Of a DNA stretch of 64,000 nt, positions 39,000 through 47,453 are shown in pieces (the first letter of the stretch is position 1; each line of letters begins with the position of its first letter). The DNA comes from Deltaproteobacteria bacterium (GTDB lineage Bacteria > Desulfobacterota > GWC2-55-46). Position numbers and translations under genes: made by a program. The notes beneath the pieces are model-generated. The model saw only the letters and a program-made list of their open reading frames with translations. It searched no databases and was not told where the DNA came from. The stretch lies in the NCBI GenBank assembly GCA_016234935.1, contig JACRNL010000011.1, positions 129,472-193,471 on the forward strand, in the 5' to 3' direction.

Positions 39000-39713
39000 A
39001 TGCATGCCGTTATTTTAGCGGGGGGAAAGGGCACAAGGCTCAGGCCCTATACCATTAATTTTCCTAAGCCCCTTGTTCCCGTCGGAGACTATCCGATACT
39101 TGAGGTTATAATCCGCCAGCTCGCTTCATCCGGTTTTAAACGGGTGACCATTTCCACCGGACACCTGTCTGAACTGATAGAGGCATACTTCGGCAACGGC
39201 AGGCGCTGGGGCGTGGATATCGAATATGTGCGGGAGTATACGCCGCTTAATACGGCCGGTGCGTTAAAGCTGGTGGAGCGCTGCGAAGACGACTTTCTGG
39301 TCATGAACGGCGACGTCCTTACAACGCTTGATTACGGCAAACTCTTGGCCTTGCACGTGGAAAAAGGTGTAAAGGCCACGATAGCATCAAAGTCCCGCGA
39401 ATCCAAAATCGACTTCGGCGTTCTTAAGATAGACGAGAACGGATTTCTCGATGAATATATCGAGAAGCCTGTGTACAACTTTTCGGTCAGCATGGGGGTC
39501 TACGTCCTTTCAAAGGAGGCTACAGGCCTGATAGGCGATGGGGAGGCCATTGGAATGCCTGATTTGCTCCTTCGAATTAAGAAGGCCGGTGAAAAGGTCT
39601 ACTGCCACAGGAGCGACTGCTACTGGCTGGACATCGGCAGGATGGATGATTATGAAAAGGCGCAGGAAGAGTTTGAAGCCAACAAACATATTTTTTTGAA
39701 GGACAATGGATAA
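39000..39713 (+). CDS. Sugar-1-phosphate nucleotidyltransferase
   Basis: MHAVILAGGKGTRLRPYT NTP-transferase N-terminus. Start at ATG 39000 with SD ggaggg 8 nt upstream. The track ORF begins at an upstream TTG. Confidence 0.75.
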   Translation: MHAVILAGGKGTRLRPYTINFPKPLVPVGDYPILEVIIRQLASSGFKRVTISTGHLSELIEAYFGNGRRWGVDIEYVREYTPLNTAGALKLVERCEDDFLVMNGDVLTTLDYGKLLALHVEKGVKATIASKSRESKIDFGVLKIDENGFLDEYIEKPVYNFSVSMGVYVLSKEATGLIGDGEAIGMPDLLLRIKKAGEKVYCHRSDCYWLDIGRMDDYEKAQEEFEANKHIFLKDNG

Positions 39714-40620
39714 CAAAACCGTTCTGATTACCGGTATGCATGGTTTTATCGGGAGACATCTGGCCGCGGCATTGAGGGAGGCTTTTCACGGGGTAAGGGT
39801 CGAAGGCGTGGACAGGGCCGGCAGGCATGAAAGCCCGGACTGCCGCGGCCTCGACCTGCTGGAGCCTGAATGCGCCGTTAGAGTGATAGGCGGGGTCAGG
39901 CCCGATTATATCTTTCATCTGGCGGGCGTTGTTTATTCAAAGGATCTGCGCGAGCTTTACAGGGGCAACGTGGAAACGACCGTAAATATCCTTGACGCGG
40001 TTAAGAAGGCAGGGCTTCCCGCAAGGGTTGTCGTCGCCGGCTCCGCCGCGGAGTACGGAGATGTTTCATCTGAAGATTTGCCCATTTCGGAAAAATTAGT
40101 CCCCAATCCGGCGAGCCCTTACGGCGTGTCAAAGGTCTGGCAGACTACCGTGGCAAGGTATTACGCGCAGACAGGCGTTGACACGGTAGTCGGCAGGCTG
40201 TTTAACGTTATCGGCCAGGGAGCTCCGGAAGGGCTTTCCATAGGGGCCTTTGCCGGCCAGTTGAAAAAAATCAGGCGCGGCGATCTGCCGCCGGAGCTGT
40301 CGGTCGGCAATCTCAAGCCAAGGCGCGACTTCATAGACGTCGTTGATGCCTGCCGCGGCCTTGCCGCCATTGCGGAAAAAGGAAGGTCAGGGGAGATATA
40401 CAATATCTGCTCCGGCTCGTCGGTATCGATGGAGAGCGTCCTCGGCATGATGATAGAGGCATCCGGGCTGGAGGTAAGGGTCGCCATTGACCCCGCGAGA
40501 TTCAAGGGCGCGGACGCCGGGGACGTGCGGGGTTCAAGCGCCAAGATATCGTCCGAGACAGGCTGGCAGCCGTCAGTGCCGCTGCTTAGCAGCATCGCGG
40601 CAATGGTAGGCGGATTTTAG
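39706..40620 (+). CDS. NAD(P)-dependent 4-ketoreductase/epimerase (SDR; Rmd/GDP-fucose-synthase-like)
   Basis: VLITGMHGFIGRHL motif and catalytic YGVSK. 304 aa. Confidence 0.75.
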   Translation: MDNKTVLITGMHGFIGRHLAAALREAFHGVRVEGVDRAGRHESPDCRGLDLLEPECAVRVIGGVRPDYIFHLAGVVYSKDLRELYRGNVETTVNILDAVKKAGLPARVVVAGSAAEYGDVSSEDLPISEKLVPNPASPYGVSKVWQTTVARYYAQTGVDTVVGRLFNVIGQGAPEGLSIGAFAGQLKKIRRGDLPPELSVGNLKPRRDFIDVVDACRGLAAIAEKGRSGEIYNICSGSSVSMESVLGMMIEASGLEVRVAIDPARFKGADAGDVRGSSAKISSETGWQPSVPLLSSIAAMVGGF

Positions 40621-40654
40621 ACCCCGGTGGACAGTAATCAGGAGGAGAGAGCGC

Positions 40655-41458
40655 ATGAAGGCGGTGATTCTATGCGGGGGGCAGGGGACGCGCATAAGGG
40701 ACGTTTCAGATAATATCCCCAAGCCCATGATCCCTCTGGGGGGTTATCCCATACTCTGGCACATCATGAAGTATTATTCGCACTGGGGGCACAGCTCGTT
40801 TGTCCTGTGCCTCGGGGTCAAGGGACAGGTCATCAAGGATTTTTTTCTGAACTACGAGGCGCACACGAGAGACTTCACCGTGTCGCTCGGCCAGTCGAGG
40901 TCCATCGAATATCACAGCGTGCATGACGAGGCGGACTGGCGCGTGACGCTCGCTGATACGGGCCTTGAGGCCATGACAGGGGCGCGCGTAAAGAGGGTGA
41001 AACATTACCTCGCCGGAGAAGAAAATTTTCTGCTGACATACGGCGACGGCGTCGGCGACGTTGACATCGACAGGCTGGTCAAGTTCCACCTGTCTCACGG
41101 CAAGGTAATGACGGTCACAGGCGTGAGGCCTCCGGGAAGGTTCGGCGAGATAATGAGCGGGCCCGGCGGCCTCGTAACGGAGTTCAATGAAAAGCCGCAG
41201 GCTGCCGGCGGCAGGATATCAGGCGGGTTTTTCGTCTGCCGTAAGGAACTGTTTGACTACCTGGATGACAGGGAAGGCCTCGTCTTTGAGCAGGAGCCAA
41301 TACGCGCTCTCGTGCGCGCATCTCAGATGATGGTCTATGAGCACGACGGCTTCTGGCAGCCGATGGACACGTCGCGCGATTACCTGTATCTCAACGGCCT
41401 TTGCGCGGCAGGAAAGGCGCCGTGGACGGTCTGGCGCAACCCGGAGGGTAAGGGATGA
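40655..41458 (+). CDS. rfbF: Glucose-1-phosphate cytidylyltransferase RfbF
   Basis: MKAVILCGGQGTRIRDVSDNIPKPMIPLGGYPILWHIMKYYSHWG is the characteristic RfbF N-terminus. 267 aa. Confidence 0.85.
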   Translation: MKAVILCGGQGTRIRDVSDNIPKPMIPLGGYPILWHIMKYYSHWGHSSFVLCLGVKGQVIKDFFLNYEAHTRDFTVSLGQSRSIEYHSVHDEADWRVTLADTGLEAMTGARVKRVKHYLAGEENFLLTYGDGVGDVDIDRLVKFHLSHGKVMTVTGVRPPGRFGEIMSGPGGLVTEFNEKPQAAGGRISGGFFVCRKELFDYLDDREGLVFEQEPIRALVRASQMMVYEHDGFWQPMDTSRDYLYLNGLCAAGKAPWTVWRNPEGKG

Positions 41459-41904
41459 TAGACGGCGTTAAGATAACTCCATTAAAGCAGATACCGGATG
41501 AGCGCGGGCGGATAATGCACATGCTCCGCGCCGACGCGCCGCACTTCGTCCGGTTCGGCGAGATATATTTTTCATCCGTGTATCCAGGGGCTATAAAGGG
41601 ATGGCATCTGCATAAACTCATGACGATAAATTACGCGGTTCCCCACGGCAATATTAAATTCGTTCTTTATGACGGCCGCAAGGACAGTCCCACCAAAGGC
41701 CGGCTGCAGGAGATATTCCTCGGGCCGGACAATTACAACCTCGTCACAGTGCCTCCGCTTATCTGGAACGGGTACAAGGGGATAGGCCTTCAACCGGCCA
41801 TCGTCGCGAACTGCGCGAGCCTCGCGCACGACCCTGAGGAGATGGACAGGCTCGACCCGTTTGACCCGCTTATTCCTTACGACTGGGAGATAAAGCACAG
41901 ATGA
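41455..41904 (+). CDS. RmlC-like cupin, sugar-nucleotide 3,5-epimerase family
   Basis: 149 aa cupin ...GEIYFSSVYPGAIKGWHLHK.... ATGA overlap with rfbF. Confidence 0.75.
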   Translation: MIDGVKITPLKQIPDERGRIMHMLRADAPHFVRFGEIYFSSVYPGAIKGWHLHKLMTINYAVPHGNIKFVLYDGRKDSPTKGRLQEIFLGPDNYNLVTVPPLIWNGYKGIGLQPAIVANCASLAHDPEEMDRLDPFDPLIPYDWEIKHR

Positions 41905-42869
41905 CGCGCGAGGTCCTCATCACCGGGGGCCTCGGCTATGCGGGCGGCCGCATCGCCCGCTTCCTTGCCGGGCGGCCCGATATGACGCTTCGCCTCGGCA
42001 CGCGCCTTCGGCATGAGGCCGCGCCGGAGTGGCTTAAAAACGGCCGCGTCGTCCGGATGGACTTTGAATCGCCGGACTCGCTGGCAGGCGCCTTGGCCGG
42101 GGTGAATTGCGTGATTCATCTTGCGGCCATGAACGAGTTGGACAGCGCCGCAAACCCCGAAGGCGCGCTGATTGTAAACGGCCTGTATTCCCTAAAACTC
42201 CTGAACGCGGCAATGCGCGCGGGCGCTGAGAGGTTTATTTATTTTTCAACGGGGCATGTCTACGGCAGCCCGCTTGAAGGCAGGATAACCGAAGACAGCG
42301 TTACGCGGCCCGTTCACCCCTACGCCATAACGCACAGGGTAAGCGAGGATTTTGTCCTTGCGGCCCATGACCGGAAAAAGCTCGTCGGCGTGGTTTTAAG
42401 GCTCACAAACGGCTTCGGCGCGCCGGAAAGGGCCGACGTCAACCGATGGACGCTGCTGGTCAATGACCTGTGCAGGCAGGCCGTGACAACCGGCGCTCTT
42501 GTTCTTCGCTCCTCCGGCATCCAATACCGGGACTTCATCACGCTTGAAGACGTCGCAAGGGCCGCCGGTCATTTCGCGGCCCTTCCAGCCGAGGCCTGCG
42601 GCAAAGGCCTTTTCAACCTCGGCGGCCAGCGCTCCATGACCATCCTTGAGATGACTGAGCGCATTAGCGCAAGGTGCCAGGCTGTCCTCGGTTTTAGGCC
42701 GCGCATCGTCCGGCCCGAAGCCGCCGCCCTTGAGGACGGCGCGGCAAGGCCGCTTGATTTTTGCATAGACAGGCTGAAGGCGACCGGCTTTACCCTTACC
42801 GGCGATATAGACGCGGAGATAGACGCGACCCTTTGCCTTTGCAAAAAAGCATTCGGGCAGGGCGCGTGA
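41901..42869 (+). CDS. NAD-dependent epimerase/dehydratase family protein (atypical catalytic region)
   Basis: VLITGGLGYAGGRIA Rossmann motif, 322 aa. The YxxxK appears replaced by YAITHR. Confidence 0.65.
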   Translation: MTREVLITGGLGYAGGRIARFLAGRPDMTLRLGTRLRHEAAPEWLKNGRVVRMDFESPDSLAGALAGVNCVIHLAAMNELDSAANPEGALIVNGLYSLKLLNAAMRAGAERFIYFSTGHVYGSPLEGRITEDSVTRPVHPYAITHRVSEDFVLAAHDRKKLVGVVLRLTNGFGAPERADVNRWTLLVNDLCRQAVTTGALVLRSSGIQYRDFITLEDVARAAGHFAALPAEACGKGLFNLGGQRSMTILEMTERISARCQAVLGFRPRIVRPEAAALEDGAARPLDFCIDRLKATGFTLTGDIDAEIDATLCLCKKAFGQGA

Positions 42870-43819
42870 TGAAGGCCGTGAACTCAGGCGGCCCGCCGCC
42901 GTTCGTTACGGTAATCGTCACGACCTACAACCGCGCGAAACTCCTTTCAGAGACCATCTCTTCAATACTCAATCAGAGTTTTGCGGATTTTGAGCTTATA
43001 ATTGTTGACAATATGTCCGAAGACGCCACCCAAGGGTATGTCACGGGCCTTAACGACCGGCGTATAAGGTTTTTTAAGAACCCGAATAACGGGATCATCG
43101 CGGTCAACCGGAACTTCGGCATAAAAAGGGCGAGGGGCAAATACATCGCCTTTTGCGACGACGACGACCTGTGGTTCCCGGATAAGCTCAAGACACAGGT
43201 TGAGTTCATGGAGTCGAATCCGGACGTGGGGCTGACCTTCAGCAACGCCGAGACATTTGGAGACGGCGCCACAGGCAGGGCCATTTACGCCAAAGGCGAG
43301 AGCGAATCGGTGAAGGATTTTAATTCGCTTTTGAGGGGAAATAAAATTGCCGCCTTCACCGTTATGGCCGCAAAGAACTGTCTTGACGATGTTGGTCTTT
43401 TTGACGAGAGCCCGGAGCTTAAATCCATCGAGGATTACGACCTGTGGCTGAGGGTTGCCCGTAAATACGCCCTTGCCTGCATGCCGCAAATGCTCGGCAG
43501 ATACCGCGTGCATTCTGCAAGGACGAGCGGAGACGATGTCTTTGAGAAAAAGAAGCTTCTGCGGCTGGTGGAAAAATTCAAAAAGAGCGGTCTTGCCGGC
43601 AGGTGCGAGGCTCGCATGATGGAGTCGCACGTTCATTGGATGATAGGCAATTCAGTTCTGTTGAGTGGGGCAAACGGGGACGCAGCCTTCCGGGCACACT
43701 ACCGCCGCGCATTGTCGCTTTCGCTTAACGTAAGGACATTGCTAAGTTTTATGCTTACACTCGCGCCTACCGGAGTTGCGGCCGGCATATTCAGGTTTAT
43801 TGGAAGAGCCAGGGTCTAA
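42869..43819 (+). CDS. Family 2 glycosyltransferase (GT-A)
   Basis: VTVIVTTYNRAKLL...DDDD (D-x-D). Start at ATG 42869, overlapping the upstream stop (TGATG). The Arg-rich upstream extension is rejected. Confidence 0.8.
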   Translation: MKAVNSGGPPPFVTVIVTTYNRAKLLSETISSILNQSFADFELIIVDNMSEDATQGYVTGLNDRRIRFFKNPNNGIIAVNRNFGIKRARGKYIAFCDDDDLWFPDKLKTQVEFMESNPDVGLTFSNAETFGDGATGRAIYAKGESESVKDFNSLLRGNKIAAFTVMAAKNCLDDVGLFDESPELKSIEDYDLWLRVARKYALACMPQMLGRYRVHSARTSGDDVFEKKKLLRLVEKFKKSGLAGRCEARMMESHVHWMIGNSVLLSGANGDAAFRAHYRRALSLSLNVRTLLSFMLTLAPTGVAAGIFRFIGRARV

Positions 43820-43868
43820 CGCGGGCAACGCAATGGTTAAGGCTCGAAGGGCGTCATGCCCTCGAAGG

Positions 43869-44093
43869 CTAAAACCGTGAAGCTGTTTTTTTCAGAGCCG
43901 GCCTTGCCGCCGCTGTTGGCTTATCCATCTTCGCCGCCGCTTTCGGCTTATCTATCTTACCGGACGTTTGTCCGTATCTTGCCGCCACGATCTTTTCGGC
44001 GTTAAGCCAGTTCTCAAGTTCGTTGCCTGGCACACAGCCGTTTTGTTCGTAAAGCTCATACGCGACCTTCGCTATTTCATCCTGCACGTCCAT
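43869..44093 (-). CDS. Small DUF2934-like protein, 74 aa
   Basis: EIAKVAYELYEQNG...ENWLNAEKIV pattern. Convergent with the glycan operon. Confidence 0.5.
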   Translation of the reverse strand: MDVQDEIAKVAYELYEQNGCVPGNELENWLNAEKIVAARYGQTSGKIDKPKAAAKMDKPTAAARPALKKTASRF

Positions 44094-44159
44094 AATTGCC
44101 TCCCGTAAAAATTTGATACGATAAAGTATAGCAGAGATTTCGGATTTGTTTAGGGGCCC

Positions 44160-44300
44160 GCTTACCTTTTTTGAAAAAAAAGGCGCTGTGCACGGCTAAA
44201 GGTGCTGGCGCACGGCTAAAGCGTGAATGTAATCCTTTAGCTTTGCTCACCGCAGGTGCTTTGCCCCGCCGCAGGCGGCCAAAAAACTTTAATTATAGCG
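44160..44300. repeat. Composite intergenic repeat, copy B (inverted relative to 5985-6165)
   Basis: ggtgctggcgcacggctaaa..ctttgctcaccgcaggtgc..ctttgccccgccgcaggcggcc is the reverse complement of the copy-A units. Shares the ttttttgaaaaaa end. Confidence 0.8.
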
Positions 44301-44333
44301 CGTTTGCGGGAGTTTCCTCCTGACGGCGACGGC

Positions 44334-45572
44334 CTATTCGTATCTGAGGGCATCGATGGGGTCAAGGAGCGACGCCTTATAGGCCGGATAAAAGCCGAAG
44401 AATATGCCGACTATGCCGGAGAAGCAAAAGGCAAGGATGAGCGAAAGCGCGGAGACAAGCGTGGGCCAGCCGGCGATGGCGGACAGCGCCGTTGATCCTC
44501 CGACGCCGATGAGTATGCCGAGGATGCCGCCTATGAGCGAGAGCGTCAGCGCTTCTATCAGGAACTGCGTACGGATGTCCCATGACCTGGCGCCCACGGC
44601 CATGCGTATGCCTATTTCTCTGGTCCTCTCGGTGACGGACACGAGCATGATGTTCATTATGCCTATGCCGCCCACAAGCAGGGAGACCGACGCGATGGCC
44701 CCGAGCAGAAGAGTCATGACATTGGCGGCCTGTTCCGCCGTCTGCATCATCTGAGTCAGGTTTCTGACGGTGAAGTCGTTGTCCTGTTTCGGGCCTATGT
44801 GGTGGCGCTGCCGGAGTATATCGTTGGTCTGCTTCTCGGCAGCGGGGAGGTCGTCGCCGCTTTTGGCCTTGACCATTATTATCCTGACCATGCCGGGGAA
44901 GGTCGTGCCGAAAAGCTTTTTCTGCGCGGTAGTCACCGGTACCAGGATGGTGTCGTCCTGGTCCTGCCCTATGGCGCTCTGCCCCTTTGGCGCAAGCGTT
45001 CCGATGATGGTGAAGGGGACGTTCTTTATCCTTATTATCTGGCCGACCGGGTCGGCGCCTTCAAAGAGGTTGTCAACTATGGTCTTTCCGACAAGGCAGA
45101 CCTTCGTTGAGGTCTTTACATCCTGATCGGTAAAGGGCCTGCCGGATTCAAGGGGCCAGTCGCGCACCACGAGGATGCCGGGCGTAGTGCCAAGCACGTT
45201 CGTCGACCAGTTCCGGTGTCCCCAGACGACCTGCGCGATGCCTGAAAGTATAGGCGCGACCTCCTCGACCGCGCCGGCTTCCTTGAGTATCGCGTCGGCG
45301 TCGCTCATGGAAAGCGTGGGCAGAGTGCCCGCGCCCATCCTTGCCCCGCCTGAGGTAGCCCCGCCGGGCAAAACGATAATGAGGTTGGAGCCCATGCCGG
45401 CTATCTGCTCGGAAATCTGCCTGCGCGCCCCGGCGCCGACCGACAGCATGGCGATGACCGCGGCAACGCCTATGATGATGCCGAGCATCGTAAGGGCCGA
45501 GCGCATCTTGTTGACGCTGAGCGCCCTTGCGGATACCTTTATGGCGGATGGAAGGTTTATCATCGTGAGCAA
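44334..45572 (-). CDS. macB: MacB/FtsX-family ABC transporter permease
   Basis: 412 aa. N-terminal TM, large periplasmic domain, three C-terminal TMs (FtsX). Confidence 0.8.
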   Translation of the reverse strand: MLTMINLPSAIKVSARALSVNKMRSALTMLGIIIGVAAVIAMLSVGAGARRQISEQIAGMGSNLIIVLPGGATSGGARMGAGTLPTLSMSDADAILKEAGAVEEVAPILSGIAQVVWGHRNWSTNVLGTTPGILVVRDWPLESGRPFTDQDVKTSTKVCLVGKTIVDNLFEGADPVGQIIRIKNVPFTIIGTLAPKGQSAIGQDQDDTILVPVTTAQKKLFGTTFPGMVRIIMVKAKSGDDLPAAEKQTNDILRQRHHIGPKQDNDFTVRNLTQMMQTAEQAANVMTLLLGAIASVSLLVGGIGIMNIMLVSVTERTREIGIRMAVGARSWDIRTQFLIEALTLSLIGGILGILIGVGGSTALSAIAGWPTLVSALSLILAFCFSGIVGIFFGFYPAYKASLLDPIDALRYE

Positions 45573-45590
45573 TATAACTGAGGCCGTTTT

Positions 45591-46286
45591 TTACGCATTG
45601 TTCCCGCCCGGCCCGTCGTTAACTATCTGCCCGTCCAGGAACCGTATCACCCTTTTGCTGTATGCCGCGATGTCTGACTCGTGCGTGACAAGGATGATGG
45701 TTATCTCCCTTTGCGTATTGAGCCTGACGAACAGGTCCATTATCTCCCTGCTCGTCTTCGAGTCAAGGTTCCCAGTTGGTTCGTCCGCGAGGATTATAGG
45801 CGCATCGTTTATGAGCGCCCGCGCTATGGCCACCCGTTGCTGCTGTCCGCCGGAGAGCTGGTTCGGGTGGTGGTGCAGCCTGTTTTCAAGGCCGACCGTT
45901 TTTAGCGACTGCCTTGCCCGTTCGTGCCTTTGGCCGGCGGGAACGCCGGAGTATACGAGTGGAAGCTCGACGTTTTCAAGCGCGCTCGTCCTTGAAAGAA
46001 GGTTGAAGCCTTGGAAGACAAAGCCTAATTTCTGATTCCTTATGAGCGCGAGCTCGTCCCTGTCAAGGCCGCTGACGTCAACACCCTCAAGGATGTATTT
46101 GCCGGATGTAGGCCGGTCAAGGCAGCCCAGCATGTTCATGAATGTGGATTTGCCGGAGCCGGACGGCCCCATGATGGCGACGAACTCGCCGCGGCCTATC
46201 TCAAGGGATATCTTATCAAGGGCATTGAGCGGGGCCCCGCCGAGGGAGTAAACCTTCGACACTTCCTTTATTTCTATGAGCGGCAT
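45591..46286 (-). CDS. ABC transporter ATP-binding protein (MacB/LolD type)
   Basis: Walker [10 protein letters not shown], signature [15 protein letters not shown], Walker [12 protein letters not shown]. Confidence 0.85.
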   Translation of the reverse strand: MPLIEIKEVSKVYSLGGAPLNALDKISLEIGRGEFVAIMGPSGSGKSTFMNMLGCLDRPTSGKYILEGVDVSGLDRDELALIRNQKLGFVFQGFNLLSRTSALENVELPLVYSGVPAGQRHERARQSLKTVGLENRLHHHPNQLSGGQQQRVAIARALINDAPIILADEPTGNLDSKTSREIMDLFVRLNTQREITIILVTHESDIAAYSKRVIRFLDGQIVNDGPGGNNA

Positions 46287-46298
46287 CTCAGAACATCC

Positions 46299-47453
46299 TC
46301 AGAACATCCTCGGCGCGCGCGCCGAGGCAGGCTTAGACTGCTTCATAAGGGACTCGGCTATCAGCTCCTGCCCTTCATTGACGCCGGAGATTATTTCCGT
46401 GTATATGCCGTTGCTGACGCCCGTTGTCACGGCCACCCGTTTTGGCCTCTTGTTTTCAAGTATCCAGACTGCCGGGCCGCCGCGTTCCGCTTTGGCCTCT
46501 TTTTCCGCGGGTTTGAACCTGAAGACGGCATTGGGAGCCATAATCACGCCGCGCTTGCGCGCGGTTATTATCGAGACATTAGCGGTCATGCCCGGCTTGA
46601 GCTTCATCTCAGGGTTGGCGACGTTCACGACCACGTCATAGGTGACGACGTTCTGTATGACGATGGGGGCGTTCCTTACCTGCACGACGGCGCCCTTGAA
46701 GGAAGCCTCCGGGTAAGCGTCAACCGTGAACTCCGCCTCCTGCCGTTGCCGTATCCTGCCGATGTCGGCTTCGTTCACGTTCGTGTCTATCTGCATCCGG
46801 GTGAGGTCCTCGGCGATGGTAAAGAGCGTGGGCGTCTGGAAGGATGCGGCTACAGTCTGTCCCACGTCCACGTTCCTTGAGATGACGACGCCGTTAACCG
46901 GAGAGAGTATCCGCGTGTATGTGAGGTTCGTTTCGGCGAGCCTCGCCGCGGCGCCTGCCTGGGCAACGGCCGCTTTTGCGGCGTTAAGGGAGGCCGCCCC
47001 GGTGTCATGGCTGGTTTGGGCCGCGTCTAATTCGCTTCTGGCTATGAGTTTTTTTGAAAACAGCTCCAGGCTCCGGTCCAGCGTCCTTTTCGCGTCCGTC
47101 AGGGACGCTTGGGCCTTTTCAACGTTTGCCGCCGCGGACATGGCGTTGGCCCTTGCCTGCTCGGCCTGCGCCTCGAACGCGGCCGGATCTATACGGGCTA
47201 TGAGCTGGCCTTTTTTTACCTTTGAATTGAAGTCCGCGTATATGTCCCTTATCGTCCCGGACACCTGCGTGCCCACCAGGATGGTGACCGTAGGGTTCAG
47301 CGTGCCGGTGGCCGTAACCGCTTCGTCGAGGTTGCCCTTTACCGCCTTCTCGGTGCGGTATCCGGGGCTATCGCCGCCGTTTCTGAAATAGAAAAGATAT
47401 GCGCCGGTTACGGCGATTATGACGGCCGCCGCTATGATGACCTTTTTCTTCAT
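46299..47453 (-). CDS. macA: Efflux periplasmic adaptor (membrane fusion protein, HlyD/MacA family)
   Basis: N-terminal TM anchor, long coiled-coil, beta-barrel domains. 384 aa. Confidence 0.8.
   Translation of the reverse strand: MKKKVIIAAAVIIAVTGAYLFYFRNGGDSPGYRTEKAVKGNLDEAVTATGTLNPTVTILVGTQVSGTIRDIYADFNSKVKKGQLIARIDPAAFEAQAEQARANAMSAAANVEKAQASLTDAKRTLDRSLELFSKKLIARSELDAAQTSHDTGAASLNAAKAAVAQAGAAARLAETNLTYTRILSPVNGVVISRNVDVGQTVAASFQTPTLFTIAEDLTRMQIDTNVNEADIGRIRQRQEAEFTVDAYPEASFKGAVVQVRNAPIVIQNVVTYDVVVNVANPEMKLKPGMTANVSIITARKRGVIMAPNAVFRFKPAEKEAKAERGGPAVWILENKRPKRVAVTTGVSNGIYTEIISGVNEGQELIAESLMKQSKPASARAPRMF

Noticed and set aside
42761-42868. N-terminal extension of the GT2 gene (MHRQAEGDRLYPYRRYRRGDRRD...)
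   Set aside because: The Arg-rich extension overlaps the preceding gene's 3' end in another frame. An ATG at 42869 immediately before the conserved GT2 N-terminus is the more plausible start.
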